Source: Candidatus Latescibacterota bacterium (lineage in GTDB: Bacteria > Latescibacterota > UBA2968 > GCA-2709665). From it: a stretch of 64,000 nt of DNA. The position numbers and the translations under genes are program-made. Location of the stretch: positions 1,952,001-2,016,000 of the forward strand of contig OZ241917.1 of NCBI GenBank assembly GCA_965203805.1. The letters run 5' to 3'. The notes beneath the pieces were generated by a model. That model saw nothing but the letters and a program-made list of their open reading frames with translations, did no database searches and was not told the origin of the DNA. Shown here piece after piece: positions 40,106 through 48,085 of this stretch (position 1 is its first letter; each line of letters begins with the position of its first letter).

Positions 40106-41032
40106 CTACGGTGCGTCACGACCGCCTCCCTCGGGAACGTGAAGCCCGATCGTTTCCAGGTGCATTTCCAAGAACTTCAGAAACGCCGTGGCGGCGCGTG
40201 AAGGATGTCCGCCGTCTCGTCGCACCATCCCAACCTGCCGCACGGGAATCCCCGTCACCCGAAGCGCGGTCAGCCTGCCCGATCTCACTTCCTCCCGGAC
40301 CGCCACTTCGGGCACGATCGCGACACCCAGGCCGATCTCGACAAATCGCTTGATGACTTCAATGCTGCCCAGTTCCATCGTAACTTGCGGGTGAAGCCCT
40401 GCTTCGGAGAACATCCGATCCATCAAGCCTCTGCTTGTGCTGCCCCGTTCAAGCATCAACATCGCGCAGTTGCTCAGCGCGCGCAGGTCCACCGTCTGCG
40501 CATGGGTCAGGGGATGCGCCGGACCGCAGACGGCGACGTCTTCTCTGATGAAGAGCGGCCTGGTCCTCACCCTGGGTTCGGTTACCGGCAGCGTGGCCAG
40601 TCCGAAATCCACCGCGCCCTCCAGAACCAGCCTTACTACCTCAGGAGACATCCGGTCGGTCAGGCGGATCTCGATTCCGGGGTACGCCTGGCGAAACGCC
40701 TTTACAGCGGGTGGCAGCACATAGGCGCAATTCGTATCGCTCGTGCCGATACTCAGCCGACCCACCCGCAACTCTCCGAGGGCTGCCATATCCTGCCGAA
40801 TCTGCGCGGCCATCTCCAGAATCGCCTCGGCGCGCGCAAACAGGAGCCGACCGGCCCCGGTCAACAGGATCTGTTTGCCGCGGCGCTCGAACAGGTCTTC
40901 GCCGAGTTCATCTTCAAGCGCCTTCACCTGAAGACTCACTGCGGGCTGGGTGAGAAACAGCTTCTCCGCCGCGCGGGTAAAGCTCTTCTCGCGCGCCGTT
41001 TCCACAAACCCCTTAAGCCGATCAAGATCCAT
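40106..41032 (-). CDS. LysR family transcriptional regulator
   Basis: SFTRAAEKLFLTQPAVSLQVKALEDELG HTH plus LysR substrate domain. Confidence 0.95.
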   Translation of the reverse strand: MDLDRLKGFVETAREKSFTRAAEKLFLTQPAVSLQVKALEDELGEDLFERRGKQILLTGAGRLLFARAEAILEMAAQIRQDMAALGELRVGRLSIGTSDTNCAYVLPPAVKAFRQAYPGIEIRLTDRMSPEVVRLVLEGAVDFGLATLPVTEPRVRTRPLFIREDVAVCGPAHPLTHAQTVDLRALSNCAMLMLERGSTSRGLMDRMFSEAGLHPQVTMELGSIEVIKRFVEIGLGVAIVPEVAVREEVRSGRLTALRVTGIPVRQVGMVRRDGGHPSRAATAFLKFLEMHLETIGLHVPEGGGRDAP

Positions 41033-41117
41033 TCGTCAGCTCTCCGTTGCGCGATTGCGGCGCATGGCAGTGCTCTGGCGCAACAGCTCCCCGTATCGTG
41101 AAATGATCTCGTTGTTC

Positions 41118-41163
41118 ATAAATATATAATATAACAAAAATTAAATTAATAAATTTTTTTTAT
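41118..41163. promoter_or_regulatory. tandem LysR boxes in an AT-rich divergent promoter
   Basis: ATA-N9-TAT at 41118-41132 and 41149-41163 (T-N11-A), 31 bp apart. Confidence 0.65.
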
Positions 41164-41258
41164 TAAACAGGGTTCGTTATTATCTCATCGTGCCGCTCGA
41201 TGGCGCATTCTTATGGCTTCGCAGGATTCAAGGACAGCGTTCGATATGGAGGTGCAAG

Positions 41259-42269
41259 GTGGGTGCAACGATTGTCGTAGACGCGCTCTGGGGAGATTCC
41301 GGTAAGGGAAAAGTGGCGGCGTATACCGCACTCAGACAGAAAGCCGCCTTCTGTGTACGCGCCGGTACGGGCACCAATGCCGGCCACAGCATATACTTTG
41401 AAGACGGCTCCGAGATTCGGACACATCAATTGTGCTGCGGCTGGTTACATCCCGATACGCAGATTCGGATAGGCTGCGGGGTCGCGGTAGACCCTGAAAC
41501 CTTCGTGCGTGAAATCCAACGATACAAACTCGCGGACCGTACCAGGGTGGATCTTAGATGTCCGGTGATCACGCCCGAACATCGCGCCCGTGAGAAAGGA
41601 GACAGGCATCTTGCCGCCACTCTGGGCAGCGTCTGCAGCGGAAGCGGCGCCGCCAGAGCGGACTTTGTCCTGCGCAAGGCCAGGCAGGCCCGCGACATAC
41701 GGAACCTTGAGGAATACCTTTCCGACGTGCCGCGTGAAATCAACACCGCCTGCAGGGACGGGCTGTCCGTCGTCATCGAATCCAGCCAGGGTACCCATCT
41801 GTCGCTCGCGCTGACCACGGACTACCCCTTCTGCACGTCCGACAACTGCACTGCCGTCGCCGCGGCGGACGACGTGGGCCTGAACTGGCAATACATAAGG
41901 GACGTCATTCTCGTGGTTAAAGCCGTGCCCAGCCGCGTGGGCGAGGGCCCGCTGCCGTTCGAAATGGGGATAGGGGAGCAGGACAGACGGGGCATCGCCG
42001 AATACGGCGTCACGACCGGTCGACGTCGCAGAAAAGCCCGCGGGATCTCCTGGGCACACTTTGAAGAAGCGGTAATGTTGAACGGCCCGACACAGATCGC
42101 ACTCACGTTCTGCGACCATCTCGATCCACGAGTACGGGGAGCGCGTAAGTCGGAGGCCCTCACGGAACCGGTTCTGGAGCTGATTCGTGAACTGGAGACA
42201 CGCGCACAAGTTCCTGTGACCATCGCGGAAACGGGGAAGTATTTCGGCGACATCGTCGACCTGACTTGA
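41259..42269 (+). CDS. purA: short archaeal-type adenylosuccinate synthetase-like protein (336 aa)
   Basis: WGDSGKGK, NAGH, ESSQG, YPFCTS, RVGEGP, EYGVTTGRRRR. GTG start after GGAGG. Confidence 0.75.
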   Translation: MGATIVVDALWGDSGKGKVAAYTALRQKAAFCVRAGTGTNAGHSIYFEDGSEIRTHQLCCGWLHPDTQIRIGCGVAVDPETFVREIQRYKLADRTRVDLRCPVITPEHRAREKGDRHLAATLGSVCSGSGAARADFVLRKARQARDIRNLEEYLSDVPREINTACRDGLSVVIESSQGTHLSLALTTDYPFCTSDNCTAVAAADDVGLNWQYIRDVILVVKAVPSRVGEGPLPFEMGIGEQDRRGIAEYGVTTGRRRRKARGISWAHFEEAVMLNGPTQIALTFCDHLDPRVRGARKSEALTEPVLELIRELETRAQVPVTIAETGKYFGDIVDLT

Positions 42270-42304
42270 AGGGTATTACGCCCCGTCAGACGCGACTGCG
42301 AGGT

Positions 42305-42601
42305 CTAGTTGTCGCTGTCTCGCGCGTCACGGATGATTTCCAGCCAGGCCGACTCATAGCCTGCGAGCGCCCCCCGCCAGGCATTTCGATTCCCCACCCC
42401 CTGCTGTAATGCCAATGCCAGGCTGTCTACGATCCGCTCGGCATCGTCGACAGTGTCCAGACGCTTCGCATCCATCGCCTGGATGGCGACGCCGTTGAGT
42501 TCGGTCTGTATGCGTTCAACTACCCTGCGAAAATCGTCGCTCAGGAATGCCAGCGTGTACCCGCCATTGAATCCGTTTTCCTGAACCCCGTGGTTGGACA
42601 T
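42305..42601 (-). CDS. small hypothetical helical protein (98 aa)
   Basis: Strong SD AGGAGG before ATG 42601 and its own promoter upstream. Confidence 0.65.
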   Translation of the reverse strand: MSNHGVQENGFNGGYTLAFLSDDFRRVVERIQTELNGVAIQAMDAKRLDTVDDAERIVDSLALALQQGVGNRNAWRGALAGYESAWLEIIRDARDSDN

Positions 42602-42662
42602 TGTGTACCTCCTGGCCTGCGGCATTGGGTTACCATTTCTTTTCGCCATCATTACATCCTAA

Positions 42663-42691
42663 TTAATACTGAACAAATGAGCAGTTGTCAA
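42663..42691 (-). promoter_or_regulatory. sigma70-type promoter
   Basis: Minus strand TTGACA-N17-TATTAA. Confidence 0.6.
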
Positions 42692-42727
42692 GACGAGTAG
42701 AAGCGTTATATATGAACTACAACGATT

Positions 42728-42870
42728 CTGACCTTGATTCGTCAATTTCCGGTGACGTTAAATCGAATATACGCAAGTTGATAAAGGCGATTCGACATCG
42801 GAGTTCCAGGAACGTTCAGGTCACTGGACGTGATCGGAAAAAATGTGCTTCCGGACGACCCTTTCGGCCC
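42728..42870. repeat. dispersed intergenic repeat, copy 2
   Basis: GATTCGTCA...CGAATATACGCAAGTTGATAAAGGCGATT...TTCCAGGA...TCAGGTCACT...GGACGACC..TTCGG shared with copies 1 and 3. Confidence 0.9.
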
Positions 42871-43229
42871 GTTGAGGAAATAACTGCCGGGTCACGGCGT
42901 TACGACACATGCCGTATCGCACGGATGCTCTATGTGCTTTTTGTGGCCAATTATACGGTTATCTTTTTTCGAATTGAGTCCCCATCTATCGGGCGATGCC
43001 GGAAAACTGCCATGCGCTCGTGAAATAACTTTACCCATGCTCACGTTCTCACATATATTGGGTGGCCGCCGTTGCTTCCGGCAGGGCGGAAAACCACTTT
43101 GAAAGGAGACGGGTTCGGCGCGCGTCAGTCGAAGTGGCAGGCCGATCGGCTCCGGCGCAGCCGTTGTCCGGCAAAGAAAACGAGTTTTCTAATCGGTATC
43201 GAAACGCTTTTTTTTCAAGGAGATATGCT

Positions 43230-44750
43230 ATGTTCAAAGGGAGTCTCCGTACAAGCTGCCTCCCGCTGGTCGCGGGTCTCGTCCTGGGCTGCGGCGCCGA
43301 CCGTCTCACGACGCCGCAGGATGCTCAGACGAATGGAAACGTTCGGCAGCCGTTGGCCAAACTGTCGGCGAACGGGCAGACGCCGCAGGCTGTGGTCGTC
43401 GCCCGCCTTAGACAGGCCGGCGCTCCTGTAAGCGGCGCCACCGTGGCGTTCGCCCGCTCGATTTCAGGAAGGGGCGCCACCTACGAGTGGACCGGCGCGA
43501 CCGATGGACGCGGGCAGGCGCGAGTGGCGGTCGGAGAAACGCAGACGGGCGGATACTATCGCGCGCAGGCACGCAAGAACGGAGTCCCTATAGGGTCGTG
43601 GTCCAGCATCCCGATAAACCGCAGCGTCCAGGTCACAGTTGAACTGCCTGTCGGCGAGAAGGCACGCGTCACGGGCTCAATCGGACTGACTCCGGGCGGT
43701 CTCCCCGCAGAAATCCCGATTGGCGTGGTTGCGCCCTTTACGGTCAGTCAGACCCAATACGGTGCGGGCATTGTCAGCGGCCTGACACTTGCACTCGAAG
43801 AGATCAACGGCACATCGACGCTCGGGGGCGCGAATATCGTCTTCAAGAGAGAGGACTCCCGCGGCATGGCGCAGGGTGCCGTTGACGCGTTCAACAAACT
43901 GATTTTTCACGATTACGTCCCCGTCATCCTCGGTCCCGCCCTCTCCACCGAAGCCAAAGCCGCATTTCCTGTCGCACAGCAGAACCAGGTTGTCGCCTTC
44001 AGTACAACCTCTGCCGCGTCGGGACTGAGCGCAATTGGCGACTTTATCTTTCGTGCGAGTCTCAGTGTAGACGTGCTCATCCCTGGCGGGGTCGCCACGA
44101 CACGCGAAAAACTGGGATACCGCAGGGTCGCCCTTCTGGTGGACTCCACCGACGTCTATTCCCGCAGCAGCGACGACGCGCTGCGTAGCGCCCTCACCGA
44201 AAACAACGTCGAGATCCTGACGACCGAGACCTTTGCGACTGACGATACCTCGTTTGTCGATCAACTTGACAGAATCAGCGGCCTGAATCCCGATGCCGTT
44301 TTTGTTTCCGCCCTGTCCCGGCAACGCATTCAGATTCAGGTCCATGCCCGACGCCAGGGCATCGCTGCCAACATTCCCTTTATCGTGCCCGGGTTGACTC
44401 AGGAGGAAGTTCGGGATGCCGGCGATGCCGCCGAGGGTGCGATCGCCTTTACCGGCTGGACGGCCACGTCAACCACACCCGGGAATCACTCCTTCGTGGA
44501 GAATTACAGGTCGCGATTCGACGCTGAACCGAATCGGTGGGCTGCGCAGTCATACGCCGCGCTTTATGTTCTTTCAGAAGCAATTGCAAATGCCGGGTCC
44601 CCGGATCCCGGCGCCATACGCGAAGCGATGGCCGCCATCACGGACCTGGACACCGTTCTCGGTCAATTCTCGTTCGACCGCAACGGGGACGCAGTCTACG
44701 ATCCGGTCGTACTGGTCGTGAGAAACGGTGAGTTCGAGGATTTCGAGTGA
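43230..44750 (+). CDS. lipoprotein: N-terminal beta-sandwich domain fused to a LivJ-like ABC substrate-binding domain
   Basis: Lipobox LVLGC, GAPVSGATV...ATDGRGQA domain, IGVVAPFT...EEIN...ILGP..S, AAQSYAA, GQFSFDRNGD. Confidence 0.85.
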   Translation: MFKGSLRTSCLPLVAGLVLGCGADRLTTPQDAQTNGNVRQPLAKLSANGQTPQAVVVARLRQAGAPVSGATVAFARSISGRGATYEWTGATDGRGQARVAVGETQTGGYYRAQARKNGVPIGSWSSIPINRSVQVTVELPVGEKARVTGSIGLTPGGLPAEIPIGVVAPFTVSQTQYGAGIVSGLTLALEEINGTSTLGGANIVFKREDSRGMAQGAVDAFNKLIFHDYVPVILGPALSTEAKAAFPVAQQNQVVAFSTTSAASGLSAIGDFIFRASLSVDVLIPGGVATTREKLGYRRVALLVDSTDVYSRSSDDALRSALTENNVEILTTETFATDDTSFVDQLDRISGLNPDAVFVSALSRQRIQIQVHARRQGIAANIPFIVPGLTQEEVRDAGDAAEGAIAFTGWTATSTTPGNHSFVENYRSRFDAEPNRWAAQSYAALYVLSEAIANAGSPDPGAIREAMAAITDLDTVLGQFSFDRNGDAVYDPVVLVVRNGEFEDFE

Positions 44751-44779
44751 GGTGAACGAACCACAGGAGGAGGAGAACG

Positions 44780-45604
44780 ATGCGCGAGATGCGGGTTGGC
44801 GTCATGATGAGCGCCGGTTGGACACTGGAACAACTCCGGCAGGTGCGGAATCTGGGCTTCGACAACGTACAGATTCACGCCCCGGCCGAGGACGTCCTGG
44901 CGGACAGACGTCGAAGTACCGGTCTGATCCGGGACATTCATTCCGAAGGCGTTGAAATCACTACGGTCTTCGCGGGGTTTTCAGGGGAGAATTACGCCGA
45001 CATTCCAACCGTCAAGGAAACTGTCGGGTACCTCAATCCATCTCTGCGTGAGGAACGCATCGAAATTACCCGGCGGATTTCCGACTTCGCAAATGCGCTT
45101 GGCGTTGACAAGGTAGCCGCGCACATCGGCTTCGTCCCGGAAGATCCGGATCACGCCGATCACCATGCGATGATTGAATGTGTCGGAAGGCTGGCAGACT
45201 ATTGCGGCCGTAACGGACAGGACTTCTGTCTGGAAACCGGTCAGGAAACCGCTGCCGCTCTGCGCCACTTTCTCGAAACGCTGAATCGCGACAATGTCGG
45301 CGTAAACTTCGACCCGGCCAATATGGTCCTTTACGGAAGTGGAGAACCCATTCAGGCCCTCGATGTGGTGGCCGACTACGTCGTCAGCGTCCACGCGAAA
45401 GACGGTAAGTGGCCTCAGGGCGAGGGCCAGCTCGGTCGAGAGTTTCCCCTCGGTCAGGGGGACGTCGGGATGGATCGTTTCATTGCCAAACTGAAACAGA
45501 TCGGATACCTCGGTCCCGTCACGATGGAACGTGAAATCCCGGATTGGGACCAGAAGGTGAGGGACCTGGTCCAGGGCAAAGAGCTCCTCGAAAGCCTGAT
45601 TTAG
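44780..45604 (+). CDS. sugar phosphate isomerase/epimerase (xylose isomerase-like TIM barrel)
   Basis: HIGF, LETGQE, NFDPAN, HAKD, MERE. SD AGGAGG. Confidence 0.88.
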   Translation: MREMRVGVMMSAGWTLEQLRQVRNLGFDNVQIHAPAEDVLADRRRSTGLIRDIHSEGVEITTVFAGFSGENYADIPTVKETVGYLNPSLREERIEITRRISDFANALGVDKVAAHIGFVPEDPDHADHHAMIECVGRLADYCGRNGQDFCLETGQETAAALRHFLETLNRDNVGVNFDPANMVLYGSGEPIQALDVVADYVVSVHAKDGKWPQGEGQLGREFPLGQGDVGMDRFIAKLKQIGYLGPVTMEREIPDWDQKVRDLVQGKELLESLI

Positions 45605-45628
45605 CCGGCAGTCGCCGGACCTCGCACG

Positions 45629-45711
45629 CAGAAACGCCCTCTCTTCGCAGGGTCACCTTTTGGCGGGAGGGAAGGTCCAAAAGGAAAACAACGGTAGAAA
45701 GGGCGTCTCTG
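45629..45711 (-). ncRNA. candidate small structured RNA
   Basis: 16-bp closing stem that is fully paired only on the minus strand (two G-U pairs), inner CCUUUUGG/CCAAAAGG stem, CU-rich loop, TATAAT 5-6 nt upstream. Confidence 0.45.
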
Positions 45712-45887
45712 TGATATTATACGTCTGCGCAACGCCAAAGTTTCAATCGGAAAGGCGTCTGCTTCAGCGGTAAGACTGCCGGCTACAGGCCGGGTACAAG
45801 AACCGGGCCGGGCCGATCCATCCCGCATCGGAAAATCACGATCGGTACCTCTGGGAGCCGTGCACGTGTTCGGTCGCCCTCGCCGCC

Positions 45888-46778
45888 TCAGAAGTACTTT
45901 CCGACACCGATTGAAAGCGAGAATCCACTCAGGTCTCCGGGATTGCCCAGCGCATCGGAAAAGCGAGCCAGGGTGTAGCGTCCGTCGGTCGTTACGGCCA
46001 GGTTCCCGTGCTCTCCGAACCGAACGCTGCACCCGGAGAGAACATAACCGCCGAGGGTGAGTGAAATATCAGGGAATCCGCCTATCGGTCCCCCAAACTG
46101 CGTTATTCCCACATTGATGCCTCTATATCCTCCCGCAGACCCCGTCCCGAAGCCCAGTTCGCCCGTGGTGTAGCCCCCGTAACCGCCGCGATGGTCGTAT
46201 CGAACAAAAGGTCCGGCGCCGAAACCGACGTGAGGCACGATTCGTCTCTTCACCCCGAATTGCCGCAGCAAGCCAACGGGCATCGATATGAGGGTTACGC
46301 GCTGCACCCCGGGACGCAGATGCTCGCCGAGCTTCTGCGAAGCCTGAAGCGGTCCGTACGTCATATATTCGTTTGCCGCGATCAGCCGCAGTACCGGTGA
46401 GAGCCGCCGGTCGTACCCCAACCGGAATCCGAAGCCGCCGGTGGCGCTGGAGAAATACAGGCTCAATCCGTTCAACGCTCTCAGACTGTTCCGAGGCCGG
46501 AGAATATCACCCTGATTTGCGTCTTCCGTCCACCGGACGGGACGAACCAGGTTTGCCGGAACGCCCGACCTTCCGAACCCTGTCGTCACCGGCGGCGTGA
46601 AATCCGGACCGATCCACGGCATCTCGGCATCGGTCGGGACGCTGTGCCCGCCCGGCAGGACACAGGCCCCCATGCCGACCCCGGGCAGCGTCCGTTCCGG
46701 AGGCGGCCCCTCCGCCGCGAGAGAGGTCGCGGCCGCCACTGCCCCCAAACATGCGAGAATCGTCAGAGTACGTCTCAT
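45888..46778 (-). CDS. hypothetical outer-membrane beta-barrel protein
   Basis: Signal peptide, alternating beta strands (PHVGFGAG), C-terminal ...IGVGKYF beta-signal. Confidence 0.65.
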   Translation of the reverse strand: MRRTLTILACLGAVAAATSLAAEGPPPERTLPGVGMGACVLPGGHSVPTDAEMPWIGPDFTPPVTTGFGRSGVPANLVRPVRWTEDANQGDILRPRNSLRALNGLSLYFSSATGGFGFRLGYDRRLSPVLRLIAANEYMTYGPLQASQKLGEHLRPGVQRVTLISMPVGLLRQFGVKRRIVPHVGFGAGPFVRYDHRGGYGGYTTGELGFGTGSAGGYRGINVGITQFGGPIGGFPDISLTLGGYVLSGCSVRFGEHGNLAVTTDGRYTLARFSDALGNPGDLSGFSLSIGVGKYF

Positions 46779-46849
46779 AATGCACCTCCGAGGAAATGAC
46801 CGGCGCGAACAGGGCCGGACGTTGAACCGTACTTCTGCACCGAACATGC

Positions 46850-48016
46850 CTACGGTGTAATCACCAGGATCCGATCGTCGTCGGTGCGCGGCTGACCTCG
46901 ACCGTCCCGGTTGCTGGTGGCCAGGTACACCTCGCCGTCGGGACCCACCAGCACATCCCTGAGGCGGCCGAACCTGCCGTTGAACCGGTCGTCCCTCGCC
47001 GTGGCGCGCCGGCCGTCTGCAGACAGAGAAATGACCCAGAGCGCCTGCCCCTTCAACGTGGTAAAGAGAAGACTCCCCTTCCAGGCCGGTATCAGGTCCT
47101 CATTATAGACGTCCGCACCGGCGGGCGCGATCGTCGGCGTCCACGCGGCGAGCGGTTCCACCACATTGTTGGACGTGCAGAACGCGGTCTCGCCCGACAG
47201 GACGTCATTATCGCAAAATCCGCGCGCGCCCGGCCAGCCATAATTCCGCCCGGGCAGAATCAGGTTGACTTCGTCGTTATCGAGGGGCCCGTGCTCCGTG
47301 CTGTATAGCAAGCCGGTCGCAGGGTGAAATACAAGTCCCTGGGCATTCCGGTGTCCAAAGGAATAGACCGCTGTGCCGAAAGGATTGTGCTGCGCGGGCC
47401 GACCTTCGAGGTCCAGCCGCAGGACCTTTCCCGCCAGTGAATTCAGATCCTGCGAAAGCGAGGGCAATTGCGCGTCACCGGTCGTAAGGTAGAGCAAATT
47501 GTCCGGGCCCACCGCGATCCGGGATCCGTCGTGGTTCGGCGCGCCCGGGATGCCGTTCAGCAGGATTTCGGGTTGCCCCAGTGCCGTTCCGTCATAACTC
47601 ATCCGCACGAGACGATTCTCAATGCCATCGCCCGTCCGGTAGGAATAAACCGCATAGACATAGGGCTGTTGATGAAATTCCGGGTGGAACGCAATCCCCA
47701 TCAACCCGCTTTCGCTCAGTTCGAAGGCGTCAATTCGACCCGCCTCCGTTACTGCGCCCGACTCCGTATCCACGCGGGACAACGTGCCGTTTCGCTCGCT
47801 TACCCAGATATATCCATCAGGTCCCCAGGCCAGGTCCCACGGCGTATCCAGACCGGTTGCCAGCGTCTGCACCGTAAAACCATCCACCGTGTCGTCGGCT
47901 GCCGACCCGACCCCGTTATCGGTCGACGGATCTCCCGGTTGGGAGTCGTTCGCGCCTCTTCCACAACCAGCAACCGCGAACATTACGAGCAATGCCGCCG
48001 TGACGAGGTGTGCCAC
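46850..48016 (-). CDS. PQQ-dependent sugar dehydrogenase (GSDH/YliI family) lipoprotein
   Basis: Lipobox VAGC, PWDLAW, HDGSRI, GHRNAQG, EHGP...DEVN...NYGWP, GRLRDV. Confidence 0.9.
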   Translation of the reverse strand: MAHLVTAALLVMFAVAGCGRGANDSQPGDPSTDNGVGSAADDTVDGFTVQTLATGLDTPWDLAWGPDGYIWVSERNGTLSRVDTESGAVTEAGRIDAFELSESGLMGIAFHPEFHQQPYVYAVYSYRTGDGIENRLVRMSYDGTALGQPEILLNGIPGAPNHDGSRIAVGPDNLLYLTTGDAQLPSLSQDLNSLAGKVLRLDLEGRPAQHNPFGTAVYSFGHRNAQGLVFHPATGLLYSTEHGPLDNDEVNLILPGRNYGWPGARGFCDNDVLSGETAFCTSNNVVEPLAAWTPTIAPAGADVYNEDLIPAWKGSLLFTTLKGQALWVISLSADGRRATARDDRFNGRFGRLRDVLVGPDGEVYLATSNRDGRGQPRTDDDRILVITP

Positions 48017-48085
48017 CGTTGCCAGCCTCCGTTCGTGAATAGCGCAAACCGACTCACGGCCGGATGCTTGTTGATTCGGTCAACT

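Noticed and set aside
41259-42269. PurZ (2-aminoadenine / Z-genome synthesis)
   Set aside because: PurZ replaces the catalytic Asp with Ser (GSxGKG). Here Asp is retained (GDSGKG), and there is no phage context, dATPase or MazZ.
42685-43023. ORFs running through the repeat (also 59298-59495, 59511-59831 and the 5' extension of tal)
   Set aside because: Reading frames and stop positions differ among copies and there are no SD sites. The shared peptides only reflect the DNA repeat.
45629-45711. 6S RNA or SRP RNA identity for the structured element
   Set aside because: Too short for 6S and lacks the SRP CAGG/GGAA/AGCA motif. Kept only as an unassigned sRNA candidate.
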